Positions 12,958-27,392 of a stretch of DNA of 64,000 nt are shown here, piece after piece. The DNA comes from Sphagnum compactum (taxonomy: Eukaryota). Numbering within the stretch: the first letter of the stretch is position 1; every line of letters starts with the position of its first letter. The notes beneath the pieces were generated by a model. It was not told where the DNA came from. It saw only the letters and a list, made by a program, of their open reading frames with translations, and made no database searches. The stretch spans positions 4,464,001 to 4,528,000 of the forward strand of contig OZ234493.1 in NCBI GenBank assembly GCA_965153455.1, read 5' to 3'. Position numbers and translations under genes: made by a program.

Positions 12958-15357
12958 TTGAAAGATAGTGGTGATTGAAAAGGAGGGTGAGGTGAAGAGA
13001 AAGTGGTTGACCGTTAAGGTCATCTCATACATGTGGCCTAGTTAGATCTATATGCCATTGGCCCATTCCCTTGGAGAATTGATGGGGGATATTTCTTTGA
13101 ACCGTTGCACCGTCTCTTTCACCTTTCACTCATTTATATTCAAAACATAATTGTCTTGTTTGGGTTGACATCATATTTACATTGATGTTTTTTTGGGTTG
13201 AATTTTTGCAACTTGGCAATTATGTAGGGATTTTCACAATTTTTTGATATAAAATAATTTTAATGATCCACATCTAGACTAAAGCACTTCCTAGGTCGCC
13301 ACTTGTAGTGGCACTTTCGAAAAATTTCATGTTATAGCCCACCTAAGACAATCATTATGTGTTAATTAATACTAAGGATCTTGGGGACTTACTTGAAGAA
13401 TTTGGAAAAAAAACCATGTTCACAATGGTTAGAAGGATCCCTCCTTGATAAGTATGTTGAATATGATTCATTACCAACCAATGATTTCAATTAATGGAGG
13501 GGAAAGCATTTTGGGTAGATGCATAAGATGCCCCCACCATAAATATTTGACTTTATTTGTAATGGGCTAAACATAAGTCCTTCACACAAACATTTCCTCG
13601 CATGAATGACTAATTGATGTGTTGTCATTCTAAATATTCAATTAATGTAGAACATGGAGTATGATGTTAATCGAACTATTTTTAATTTGGTAGGAACAGT
13701 AGGAAGCACTTCAAGCCCTTTTTTGAAGTAAGAAATGTATGTTTTCTTGACATATTTATTTCAAAGAATGTCATTTACAATTTATTAGGCAGTATGATAC
13801 CCACAACTAATGAATGGCAATTTTTGTCAAACTGATTGAAATTGTCAACAAAAGGGGTTTCGATAACCCCATTTTTAATTTATTAAAAAATTGATAGTGA
13901 ATGTTAAGCACGAGACTGTTAAGCTTGCACAAGAGGTGTACAAGTTTTAAACTATAACATTATGACTGGGGAAAAAATTTCTAGATTAATTATAGGTTAT
14001 TTGATGTCAATTCAAGAATCTCACAATGAAAAGTAATGATTATATTGCATTTTACCTTCATTTGATTTTTTGAAAAAATAAACTACACAAATAAAATATC
14101 AAAATGATACATAATGTAATATATTACTAGATTTTTTCGTATATGTTGTAATGCATAATGCATGATGTAAACATGTGCATCAAACAATTTTTTTTCCTTC
14201 AAATTTTTTAATAGTTGCAAAATTCAACTAGTACAATGATGGCGAATAATATTCACATAATATTATGATTACAACCATGATTTGGTTGGTAGTTGTTTAG
14301 GACATTATATGATTACATGATTGCATAGCTTAGAATGGGAAAGTGTAGATCAAATTACCTATGAATATTTAAACAGCTAGGCATACAAAAAACTATCAAT
14401 GTTAATTACCTATAAGGTAGGTTAACTTAGGTAGCTAGGATAATCATATTTTTGGAGGCTACTAATTTAAGTATCTTAAAATATTCAATTACGTGAAAGT
14501 TACATCAAAAGGAATAGTTTTAAATATGGGATCACTCATTGAAAGTTCATAAGTTACACACTAATACATATGCAATTATTTGCAAGTCTAATTCTATTTT
14601 CAATTTTTGTTATTATAAAAAAATTCATATTACATATTTTTTGGGTTATTTTCCCATAATGCAAACATGTGCATCAAGAAATGTGCTCTAGAGTTCGTAA
14701 ATGTGTGTTTTCTACAAGGTGAACATTTCTTTGTTAGAAATATTTAAAAATAGTATGTGAAAGGGGTCCACGAACTTGTAAGTCTACCAAATGTTTCATT
14801 CATGATAGAGCACATGCCCATACTTTCATAGCCTAGAAGAGTACTTGAATAAAAAAAATTAGTATATATTTTTGAATGCACAGCTATAAACCATAATAGA
14901 TGACAATCATCCCCTTGGTGATTATGATGCATTAATATTATAAATTTGATGAAAAATACCTCCTAGAAACAATTCAAAAAAAAACTTGCCCAAATATATA
15001 TACATACATATATATATATATATATTATCTCTCTTTTTTTTTTTTTCGTTTTTGTTTTTGCTCCTTGTTCTTCTTTAAGTTCTTGTGTTCTTCTTTCTCT
15101 ATTTTAAGTCTCCATGAACTAGCTAGTTCAACATGGCTAAGTTGTCTCGGTACTATGGTTCTTGAGATAAAAACTCAATACATTAATTAATATGACATTG
15201 GCCCACTACTAGAGTTGAAAAGTTAGTGGGGATGTTGTAGTAATTGGTCACTATTAGGCCTGTTGCATTTGAATGATTATGAGTGTGTGTATGCCTATCA
15301 TGGTTGTGCAAAATGGTTTTTTAAAGGGTTTGGTTTCATGTTTTTCTTGTTTGCTAA

Positions 15358-15740
15358 CACTACAAGGAATCCAATCCATTCCAACCCATGCATTTGTGAC
15401 TTTAAATATGACTGTCCTTTGTGGCACTTAGTAAAAATGACTAGTAGTCGCATAAATGACTACAAAATGGTTTGCAATTGTATATGCAACTTATATTTGC
15501 AACTAATGTCAATTTGGATGAAAATCAAAACAAAAATACACTTCTATCCTCTATTTTTAGTGGCATCCCAAAATAGATGAAATGTAGTTGTTTTTGCAAC
15601 TTGGAAGGTGGTTCAAGGGCCATTGGACACCACATGGCATCTTTTCAATTTGATTTTTGACTATAAATTCTAGTCGCAAATGCACATGCAATTAAATTTT
15701 TATAAAAATGAGTTGGCCAATGAAATTGCTAGATGTAGTG
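15358..15740. mobile_element. Non-autonomous CACTA-like element
   Basis: Begins CACTACA and ends TGTAGTG, with many internal gcaac/gtcgca/tgact motifs. The 3-bp flanks (taa/gtc) do not match, so it is old or mis-delimited. Confidence 0.45.
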
Positions 15741-18129
15741 GTCTAATTGTTTTCCCTTAACTTTCTTTATTGAACTAACCATTAAATATGTAGTAGGATT
15801 TGGTGGGTTTGTCAAAATTTCAAAAGACCCATGACAATTAATGATAGAAATATGGCGAAGTAGTAGGTATTTTATCATGTTGATAATTTTGATATTTTAT
15901 GAATTAATTATTAAATTAGGTAAGCAATGTAATTTATTTATTGAATATGTTAGGTAGTAGGAGTAATTTATGACCCATTTAATATCATACATTTGAGTTA
16001 CATTTTTTTGGTACAATTATGATCTATTGTAAGTAAATTTGTATAATATAATTTTAAAAATCAATTAGATGTTTGAAATGTGAAAAACATAATTTATTTT
16101 TACATGAATTTTTTTATCATAATTTTAAATAAAACTTAAGATATGTAAACATAATAAAATTTATAGTCAAAAATTTTAATTATATGGCATTAATTAATAT
16201 CTAGAACTAAAATTTGATTATTTAATTTTTTTAAATAAAAATGATATAGTTTAGAAAATATCTTTTTATTATACTTATATTAGAATGGATTTATGATCCA
16301 TTTATAAATATTTTATGTGAATAAATGTAAATGTGCATAAATTTTATTGGTAAAATTATGATACATCAAAAGAAGAACTATGTAATATAATTTTAATCAA
16401 ATGAAGGTCTAAGATATGAAACTTATTTATGTATCTATCATTATTTTATCCATTTATAAATCATATGATTGAATTTAGTTTTTCCATGGAATGGTCATTG
16501 AAATTGTATTGAATAACAAAATTCAAATATTTTTCTTTTCAAATCAGTTTACATTTTTAAGAAAAATATGTTTGTGTACATTATTGGAAAACATTTAAGT
16601 TTAAACTTTCATCTTGTCATTTGGATAAAATTATAATAAGATACCAAAGTTAAAAAATGATGTTTTGTGTAATGTTTTGAATGAAGTAGGTTAAATAAAG
16701 TTCACATTATTTTTTTGTCAAAACAAGCGAGGTGGTTTGGTGATAAAGGAGTTGATTTCCATCCTTGGGGTTTAAGGATCAATCCCCACAAATGACATGG
16801 GTTCCAATGTTGACCAAATATTATTTACCTACTTAACCAACATAAGCTAGGTGCCTACTAGGTGACCTTAAGTAGGCACAATAGGTGGCCTACCTGGCAA
16901 CCTAAACTAGTTTTTAAAGCATAGCCTATGTAATGACACATGTCAACATGGTACAAGTTGAATTTAATGAAATTAACAATAATGTAAAAATATATAATAT
17001 TTTTATTGTTAAATAATAAAGATTTAAACAAATATAAATAATGTGACTACATTCTCGAGTCATAAAATCAACCGCAAAATGACGATGCCACATAAGTTGG
17101 TTTAGATGGATGAAAAGTTCATGTAAGTTACATCTTTATGTGATTACCATTGCATCTTGGTGCCACATATTGTCTTTTGTGACTAGAATTTATGCGACTT
17201 GTCCAAGTCGATTAAGCACTGTAGCAAGTCATATATGGTAATTACGATTAAAAATGAGTCATACATCTAATTGTATATTTGCAAATGGTGTAATATTTTG
17301 TAGTGTAATATTTTTTCCAATCTAAAATTTCTACAAATGTATTATTGGGTCATTTCTCAATTTTAGTTTCTTGCACTTAATTGTAATTGTAGAAGAATGA
17401 TCAATACTTATGAAGGTGTATTCTCTATGGCTTGTGCTCCCTCACCTATGTGTTGTGGTTGCTTGTTGGTATGTTATCTTGGATAACTTTGATATATATT
17501 TGTAATGTTCCATTATGCACTAACATTCTTCATTGATTATTTGATAAGTAGGTTGTTAAATGCTTGATCCAAATAAATTTGAAGCATAATAGCTTACCAA
17601 TCATTGATGTGATGACTATCCTTTAAGCAGCAAATTTAATGTTTTTTTTAATGACATTTTTTTTTGTTGGTTTATGTTCAATTTGCTCACTTTAACAAAA
17701 TGTCCTTCATATCATGCCTTTTTTACCTCACATTGTTTGTTATATTGATTTGATCATTCCAATACGTCATAGATCAATTAGTCCTTTTTAGTAAATACTG
17801 CAATGATACCAAAGAAAGTAATGGGGCAAGTTGGTAATATTAAAACAAAAGCACATGCATTGGAAGCTTGATGTGGCCTTCATGTTGTAAGCCCTACAAA
17901 AGTAAGATTTTTTTTTTCCTAACATCGTTTACAATGTGTATGTTAAACATATGCATGTTAGTAAATTGAATTGTCAATTTCTGTTGCTCATGCTTTTTTT
18001 TTGTCTGCATGAATATTTTTGGTTCATGTTAATCTGTCAATACGTTGAATTTGTGTGCCGGTCAACATTTCATTAAGGGATCATCTCGAACATTTTCATT
18101 TACACTTCATAACTTTTAGGGTTGAAAAT

Positions 18130-18195
18130 CTCTATAACAAAAGGTGTCCCTATACACCAAGTGATTTCACTAGATTTTGAGTGAATTGCACCCAC
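18130..18195 (+). mobile_element. Internally deleted copy of the 154-bp CACTA-ended element
   Basis: ctataacaaaaggtgtcc..ccaagtgatttcactagattttgagtgaatt matches the 5' part of 34618-34771 and joins directly to gcacccac from its 3' part. Confidence 0.7.
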
Positions 18196-21100
18196 CCATT
18201 AAGACTTGTGTGTTATGGAACCAACGGTGTTTTTCTTCACTTGGTTTCTTTGTACTCGAGTGGTAATTACTAGTATAGACATTGATGACAAATTAATGAT
18301 AATAGGTAGCCATGTACAAAGCAAGGCAAGATTTCAAATTATGCATCCAATTTATCAATTTAAATGTTTTTTTAGCTCATATATAAATTAAAGAGTTAGA
18401 CTTTAGACTGATATATATGTTTTCATATACGTAGTTAAATATATATTATTTTGGCGAACCTCATCCCTTATCCAAATATGTCATACTCTAGAATAAACTA
18501 TTTATCTTGTTTATTGTTATAATACCTTGGTGTCTTTCATTAAGTATGTATATCATTTGTTAGTTTTGTACTTTTCAAAAGTAATTTTTTCAAATAATAA
18601 AATTTTGTGAAGGAAACTACATATTTTTTTGAATATTTATTCTTGACAAGGAATCTTTGAAATTCATTATTTCTTTAACAAACATTTGTTGAAGTTACGT
18701 TTGTTCTATAATAGTCAAATGTATAAGTAATTTTGGAAATATTATGAAAATATGAATCCATTCATGCTTTTTATGTCCCATGAATTTGTTGTAAGGGTTG
18801 CAATTTTCTTTCAATGCATGTTCTTAATTCAATCAAAGTCCATTTTTCATGTTCAAAATCTAGCTCTTGATTTCAAATTATACATTCCTAAAATATTTAA
18901 TATTTGATTACTTCAATTGCATGTAATTCTTACATTGCATGTCTCTCAATCAATTATTATTATGTATCACGCCAAAGTTTTCAAAAGATTGAAAATCTTT
19001 TATGCATGTTAGTTTTAAAAATTTTATGGTCCATATTCGTAGAAAAAAAATTCAATTTTTTGCAAATCTATAAATTTCATTTTTCATTCAACATATACAA
19101 TTTTAGGCATAATGGCTCATTAAATTATATATTATTTATGTTTTAAAGGATAAATTTCTAATTATAATTGTACTTATTGATTTAAACATCATGATCATTG
19201 ATTATAAATGTCCTAAATTGAGCCTAAATTTCAATATTTGGTTTCATATTTTAAAAATGTCTTGGTATATGTTAAATTATTATATGACACTTTATATCCA
19301 TACATTTTAAAGCAATTTTTTATTATCTAATTTGTATAATGATCATAATTTTAAGAAGTGGTAACATTGAATTATTTGACATTATGATAGCTTTTGGTTT
19401 GTATTGAAAATCAAAATTACAAATAAAATAATAATTTTTATTATAATCCAAATTTTAACTAAATTTGATCAAATTATTATTTTTTCTACAAGACTTGTTA
19501 AAAATATTCTAGTTTCAAGATGTAATATTTAACATATAATTGATTTAATTGGTAAACATGTGCTAGACTCTTTAACACTACATCACTCGTATCACCCACA
19601 TTGAGAGAGTTGGGTTTTTGGTCATGAAGATTTGTATATTTATCCATATTTACATATATTATTGAATGAACGAATAAATGCACATGTTTCAGAATAATAA
19701 ACATAATTGAACTTAATTGTCATCGAAATTTTTAATTTTCAAACCAAACGAGTCTAAAATCCTAAACACTTTTTGAACATGTAAATGACAACTATGATTA
19801 TTTGTTGGGGAGTTCAAATAAAATATTGTAATCATTGACTTCAATTGCATTCATGGCCATTCTCATGTTGTTTTCAAACTAGATTAAGTTGTAACATTAA
19901 TTATTCACTAACAATTTTTTGTTAACATGAATGACATTAAAACTAATTGAAGAGTCATTTTTATTGTGTGTTGTAAGCATGCATTGTATTAATGTTTAGA
20001 TTTATTTATACATTTTTGTTAACAAATATTGGAAGGCTTGTTTAAATGATTTTTTTCAAACTCAAAAAACATTAAAGCACATTTAAAAGATGAAAACAAC
20101 AAATCTACTTAGAAAGGTATTGATATGGGAGATGCCAACAACAATTTGACCAATGTATGTAAGGTACTGCATTGTGAAAAAATTTGAATTTTCATTAGAA
20201 AGCACATTCCAATCCACAATATATACACATAATTGCAACAATACTAATATGAAGAGAAATGTCTTTTTAAATTTATGCTACATGTTATTATAATATCCAT
20301 AAATTCACATAATTCATTGTGTATAATATTAGACGTTATATGCAAGATTTATTTTTTAGTTTTGGGATATTCAAATCTTGATGAAAATTTCAACAAATTA
20401 GCAAATTCTTTCCCATTTTATCATACAAATTTGTTTCTTATTTGAATTAAAGATGCCCTAGGAATCAAATCTAAACATCAAAATGAGGAGGGTACCAAAA
20501 AAGTGAATGTTTTTCACAATATGTGAAGATTGAATTCAATGGAAATGGGAACAATTATTTACTAGATTATATTGAATTCAATATCCAATGTCCATGATAA
20601 TGGAAATGGAAACATTATTTACTAGAGAATATATTAATCATTTAACTTTCAAACATATCAATATATTGACCTTAATTTAATTATCATCACTAGTAGTACG
20701 AATCAAGGCAAAGCCCAAATAAATCATAGGTCTAAATAATGCAAGTAGTAGCCATATAATCTTGTTATTACATGACAATAAAAATCTAGATGTTTTTCCT
20801 TGATTACATAATATTTTTTTTCATTTTTATGATGTAGCTAAATTAATAATCGTTTAAAATATATTTTAGTTACACAAACATATAATAGATGATAGATTTC
20901 AAAACATAAATGACACATCATTTAATAGGCCATTAAACTTAAGAGTGTAATTTTGTTGAATGTCAAGGTGAACAAGCAATATTATTTTTCAGACGGTGTC
21001 CAACAAACGATATTGTGCAACTAAATTGAAAAAAAAAAGAAGCTTATAATTCTAATGACAACGGATTTCATAGGGGGTGGTTTTGGTAGAAGGATTATAG

Positions 21101-24040
21101 GGGGTCCAAACATGATTAGGGTATCCCATTTGAAACCTAAAGATTCATTCCTAGGATTCCCAAATTCACATTTTTCTTCATGTACCTTAAAATGTGTCAA
21201 ATTTCTTTTCTTTCTCATATCAAATGAAATAAATTTGCTCCAAATTTTATGTAGGCCTCTTGAGTATTTATTGTTTTCACTTATGAAAGTAAATAAAAAT
21301 ATTTATCCATATGGGCCATGTTTTATCAATGGCCCAAAATTCTTTAAAATTTCATTTCTTAAGACTTTGTACATTACAATAAAACATTTAGTTTTTGTCA
21401 CACTTTAACATTTTATACACATTAGCACCTAAGGTGTTTTTGGTAAAAATCTTAATCTAAATAATTTGTTTAGACATTCCTTATGAGTCTTTAAACTTTT
21501 TTTCTCTTATGAAACAAAATCTTGAAATCTTTCCAAGACTTGTTAAAAATCTTTAAACTTGTTCAAGTTTGAAATGCTATGTATAAAATAATACTTTAGT
21601 AATGTATGTATGTATGAGGAAAAACAAATTTTCAATATGATGTGCCATTAAGTTTTGAAATGACATGTTCAAGTGAGGGGGTTCATCGAATATTTAATGA
21701 GATAGTCCTTTTTGGTACCCCAACCATGCTTTGACGTAATGTTGTAGAATTAGGATGTTGGATTAGTTGAGGTCCTTTGGGAAGTTGAAACTTTCATGAT
21801 TCAATTATATTACCAAGAAGAAGAGGATATGGTTTAGTAATTAGGTGTGGTTCATGCATAAATATAAGATTTGGGGGAACAATTAGAGAGTAGTGAAAAA
21901 GAAGAAAAAGAAAAAGAGGATGACAAGGTACAAATTCTATCAAATAAGTCAAGACATGCACCTAATGTGATACAAGAAATGAAGCGGTTGGAAATGGAAT
22001 TGACCAAGAGAACTATTGGCAAATGATAATGGAGCAGTAGAGAAACACAATTCCAACTTCAACTTCAACTACAAGAGCTTTAGTTCTAATTTCTAATTGC
22101 AGAACTTTTGTAAGAAGGATGGTGTTACTAGTGAACCACATATGCTAGTTTAAAACTTGTATTAGACACATATCAAGATTAATATTTGTTATGAGAATAT
22201 GCCATGGTACTAGTTCCTTGTGATGTAGAGGTAATGGTTCGAAACCTTGTACCTTTAATGACATGTTGCATATCTTCAAAGAACTAGAATATCTACTACC
22301 ATTAGTACCCAATCTAGAAGCATACTGCATGTTTTATTGTCTTTAGACTTTTCTAATGATTAGACTTTCCCCTCAAGTGTTGGGAATAATCATTAAGCTA
22401 GAGGATTTCTAATTGTTGTGAAAATTTGACAATCTAGAGTATTAGGAATACTTGACTTACAACATTGTTATGATTCTATTTCAATAATTCCCATGGTTAT
22501 GGAAGGTTAGAATATCTTACAAGTTGTTTGGGGTCTACATAATCCAATATTAATACAAATTGGAAGTGGCATATTATGATATTATATGTACATATTATCA
22601 TAAGTATTGGACTACATAATTTGGTAAACCAAACTTCAATACGGTGTAGATTGAAAAGCTACTTGATCATATTGAGGTGTGCATGAAAAATGAAAGGCAC
22701 ATGTAAATATTCATAACTTAGTATTTATAACTTCATTAAAAGGTGGAATGTTTAGAAGTGATGGCAACAATTTGGTGACAATATAGTACACCAAGACATA
22801 ATTCTAGTTTTGCTCAAACACATTTTCGAAAAGATCCTTATACACTATGCACAACCATTCATCATGTGGGTCATTTGCTAAAGTAGTTACATTTGAAACC
22901 TAAAAACCTTACTTTGTGGCAGTATCAACAATGTCTTTTTCACTTGTTGTGAATATAAGTTGAGATGTGTTAATATAGGAAGTTGATGAATAGTATGATA
23001 ATCTTAAAAAAAAAATCACCCTTTTCAATAATGATTGAAAATGAGCTTCGTGATGATGACATTCCAACCAACATCTATAGGGGAAGACACAAGTAACAAA
23101 TTTGGTCGAGAATAAAGCAATTGTGTGAAGACACTAATCTTAAAACGAGGATAATGTTAGGAAAAGAAACTAGTTGAATTCAATAGAAAAAGATTCAAGA
23201 GATAATCAAATAAAGGAATAGTTGAAACCAATAGATAACCAAATTGTTTCCTAATCGAATCTAGTGGCTAACCAAACTAAACTATTGAATATTATGAATA
23301 ATCAACTATAATAATTATTAGCATATAAATGGATAGTTGGAAACGATTGTAACTAATTACATATAATATATAAAGGTAGAAATAAACAACAAAGGGGTTC
23401 TTGATTCCTCTATAATTTTGTGACTACTATAACCATTTTTTTTTCATACTTGTGTGTGTGTGATATATGAATGACAATAGAATTCATGAAAGGTGTGCAA
23501 TAATGTGCTGAAAGCACGAAGCCAACCTTGTACACCGTCATCATGAATGAGAAGGAGAAATCACCATCACCAATGAGAAAAACAATTACTAAAAGCTTTG
23601 CGATGCACTTAAAAAAAGAAAAGCCAAATGATGAATAACGACAAAAGAAAAGAAAAACAAGAGAGAAGAAATTGCAAACAAAAAGATGACGATAGAAATT
23701 GTGTAAAAACAAAGGAACATGAGTTCAACAATTATAAACAAAAAAAAAGATGATGATGAAAATCACATAGAGACAAGCAAACAAGACTTAAGAACACAAA
23801 AAAAAATGCAAACAATAAAAGATGAAAGGTGCGCAATGTGTTGAAATAAATAAATAAATAAATAAATAAATCTAGCTTTGCACACTATGCTAGCTCCCCT
23901 ATTAAGGTAAAAAAGAAACAGCTAAAGAGAAAAAGAAGCTGAAATAAATCATTAATTCTCCACAATAATTTAAAAAAAAACCTGTTCAGAAAAACTTAGG
24001 GTAGAAACTGAAAACCATTTTTGTATCGCAGACCGTGTAC

Positions 24041-24090
24041 GACCGTTGGACATCTTCCAGGTGGTGATAAAACAGCGTGCGACCGTTGGC
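24041..24090 (-). promoter_or_regulatory. Two MSA (mitosis-specific activator, MYB3R-binding) elements
   Basis: gaccgttgga (24041-24050) reverse-complements to TCCAACGGTC, matching the YCYAACGGYY consensus; gaccgttggc (24081-24090) gives GCCAACGGTC, differing at the first base. They are 40 bp apart at the start of the GC-rich region upstream of the D-box gene. Confidence 0.7.
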
Positions 24091-24610
24091 CGATCTCGCG
24101 CTCCCGCTCTCGCGCGTTTGAATGCGCTGCTCCTCCTCTACGGCTTCTTTTCGCTCGCTCGCTCGCTGGAGGTTTTTCGCGAAACTCGTCCTCCGCTCAG
24201 CTCCATTCCACTTCTTAGGGCTTATGTTTGTGCTCTGTGAGTCAAGATCTTTTTTCTAGTTTCATGCATCTTGTCGCGTACATATTACTTTTTTGTGTAG
24301 TCGTTGACTCCGGCTTCTTTGTTCCTAGGTACTGCTGAAGCGCTCTCTGGTATCTCGTCTCTCTCGCTCCCTCTCTCTCCTGCATTGAAGTTTTTTGTTT
24401 GTTTGTTTGATATATGAACTTTGTTTGGTTCTGCTTTTTTGTGAAGTTTTCTCCTTATTGGAATGCTTTTCCTGAATTTGGCTTGGATCAGCCGCTGATT
24501 GCACAGTGTCGGGGGACGGGTGCTTTTGAAAGAAGTAATTATCTGAGTGTGAGGTAGTACAAGAGGAGTTTAGCTGAAGAGAAATTCGAGTGTAATAGGA
24601 GGACGAGAAG

Positions 24611-27392
24611 ATGGCCTTGAGGGTGAGGCCGAGAGCTCCCCAAGATGAGAATGCTGCCCACCCGCTCCTTGCAGGTTCTCTCTGCCTTCCTCCTTCCCTT
24701 CCTTTTGCACAACATTCATTTCCTCTTAGGGTTCTTGTGAATGTGAATGGCTGCAGTTTTTTGTTTCAAAGATCATCAAGATACAGTGCTCTGTGTTGAT
24801 GGTTCTCATGGGTAAGAGCAACTTGCATGGCTCACATAAGGTGTTTGAGAGATGAGTCTACATACTGTGGTCGAGGCTTTGGTTCAATGAATTTCATGAA
24901 GTGGTCTCTGTTGAATCTTTACAGGAAAGTTGCAAGGGAATAATGGAGGAGGGTTGCAGACAGCAGGGAAAGCAGGGGGGCTCAAGTTGCAGCAGCAGAG
25001 TCAGCAAGGCATTAATCATCCAGAGAGGAAGACTCTGTCCAACATCACTAACAAGCTCCCAAACTCCCAAACCCCAAATCCCTCTCTCAAACCATCATCA
25101 GGCTCTGAGAATCTGATCTCGAAAACGGGTTCTTCTTCATCCTTGAAAAAGCCTACAGGGTCAGCCCGAATTGCTCTTCGTAACATAACAAATGAAAATT
25201 CCACTGCAGGGCCATCTCCCTCCACTGCTCCGGTGAAAGATCTTGTCAAGCAGATGAAGCCCAAGAGTGGATCAGGTCTTTCAAAGAGTGATGCACCAAA
25301 ATTGGGGCCTAAAAATTATCCACCTCTCAGCCAGGAGATGAAGAGGAATGCAGACCTGTGGGCAAAAGATGGCATTGAACATATGCACTTCTCAGGAGAT
25401 GATATGGAGGCCCTTCGACTCAAGCTCGAAGATGAGGGTAAGCCCTGACCTGGTCTATGTTTATGTTTCGTGCTTGTGGGTTGAAGGTACAGTCCTGCAA
25501 AATAATATTCATGGTCCCACAGAAGAAGCAATCCAATCAAAATATAGTCTGGGCCAAACTCCTAAGGAGTAGATCTTGATTGAGCCCTGATGTCAGGTTT
25601 CCTCAAGGAATGCAGGAAGGTGAAATTGAGTATTGAACCAGATGGTCCTGCAGATGTGTGTCTGAACTGTGGGGGGTTTAACACAGGTCTTCGGAGGTTT
25701 ACAAGCATACTGAGTGTCTTGGTACTTACAGCAATAATCTTGTGTGTAGAAATAGAGAAACGAGTGAATGCATCATTGGCATACCGAATGCAGTTGCCTC
25801 GGTTCTTCCCTCAACATTCTGAGCCTGTAAGTTTTCTTCCATCATTGACTTGTTCTAAAGTACCTATGAGATTCCTTTATACACCTCCCAAAGCACTCAT
25901 GTCTAGACAACAGGGTGCATTCATGTCTCGCCCTGTAACATGTTGCTGACAATCCAACCCTCTGAGACAACCATGATCTAAACTCCAAAAGCCACTGCAG
26001 CTAGGCTTTAATTTGTGCTTCCTACACAACATTTTCTCTTCCCAGAGGGTTGGTCAAAGTTGTTGAATCTTGCATCTCTGGGAAGTTAATTATACTCTTT
26101 GCCACCCTCAATTCTGTGTTGCATATGATTTCACTGTTAGTTGGTACAAAGGACTAATATATAGTCAAAGGGTTTTTCCTAGGTATAGAAGGTAGTCTGT
26201 GAAGGCAGTCAGTGCTAGGAGCTCTCTGATCTCTCATTTGGAATCTAACATAAGATTCAGATAGTTGCATTTGAACAACTTGGGGAGCCCAGTCTTTATC
26301 TCACTGAACTTTTCTCACTGTCATCCTCAGTTCAATAGGATGCATAACAGTGTTAGGAATCAAGCTCTTCTGAAACTATAACTTTCAATATTTAAAGGTC
26401 ATTTTATGTTTACATTTGTTCACTGCATTTTGTTTCTGGATAGTGACAGTATGCAGACATGCAGTTTTCTCATGTGCATTCTATTCACTATGTCACTCCT
26501 AACATGGCTTTCTACCTCACATATATGCCTGAGAACACAACTGAGAGGCTGTGTTCTCTTTGTTATGGCAAATTTGAAATGATAGGGTGATCCACATCAT
26601 TACCTTATGGCTCTTTTTCTTCTTGTAAGGTCCCAATTGGTCTGTGGTGGTAGTGACATATGGGTGTGGGAGAGGCTAATTAGTGGAACCAGTTGTAGTA
26701 GAGTGTTCAGAATATGAACAGCCTATCTAACTTGAGATCGAAATTTTTGGCCTTGATTTTGTTTAGATTAAGGAAATTGGGGATGTCCTGGAGCCTGTTC
26801 CTTGTGGACCATTTGTTGAGAAAGACATCTTTGCAACACCCTTCACAGGTGCTGATTTCCTCTTCTCCCTTGACAAAATTTGGTGTCTTGTAGCTGAGTT
26901 TGGCAACCAGAAACAAATGGGTTGTGAATGTGCCATTGCAACATGTATTTTCATGGGTTGGCATGGTGAAGTTCATGCAATGTATAGATCTGGACAGGTA
27001 CAAGATGTGGCCACTCTAACAGTACTTCTGCCAAAGGGCCTTGTCTAGAAATGTGGAACATTCAGATTCTTGTAACTCCTGATTTCCTCACTTTCTGCAC
27101 CATATGCAATTACGATGAGCATGATACTGATCATGCTGATATCTTTATGCTGGATATACAAGAAAAGCATCTGCAAATTTCTTCTAGTATGTTTACTAAG
27201 ATTAGTAAAATGCTTGGAAATTTTGGAATATCTAGTCAGGTTTTTGGCTTAATGGTAGTTGACAGCTTGGATTTTGCAGGTGATGACTTGAATGAAAAAG
27301 ACATTCTTGGCTGCAATTGCTCAATTCTGGAAATCCCACGTATCCCAGACAACTGGCGATTGATTGGAGAAGAGGACTTACATGATATTTAA
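24611..27392 (+). CDS. DEN-box/D-box cell-cycle protein, candidate PATRONUS/securin-like (282 aa)
   Basis: Five GT-AG exons in consistent phase: 24611-24674, 24925-25437, 25750-25826, 26767-26848, 27280-27392 (849 nt). Motifs: QDENA near the N-terminus, D-boxes RKTLSNITN and RIALRNITN, a Ser/Pro/Lys-rich linker, WAKDGIEHMHF, and an acidic C-terminus. Gene structure is strong; family assignment is inferred from motifs only. Confidence 0.8.

Noticed and set aside
21700-23200. Possible decayed LTR gag region (knuckle-like CTTIHHVGH near 22850)
   Set aside because: Too degenerate; no LTRs, PBS or pol motifs found to support a call.
12000-23900. Short F/I/L-rich ORFs across the AT-rich interval
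   Set aside because: Composition and length are what chance ORFs in AT-rich repeat DNA look like.
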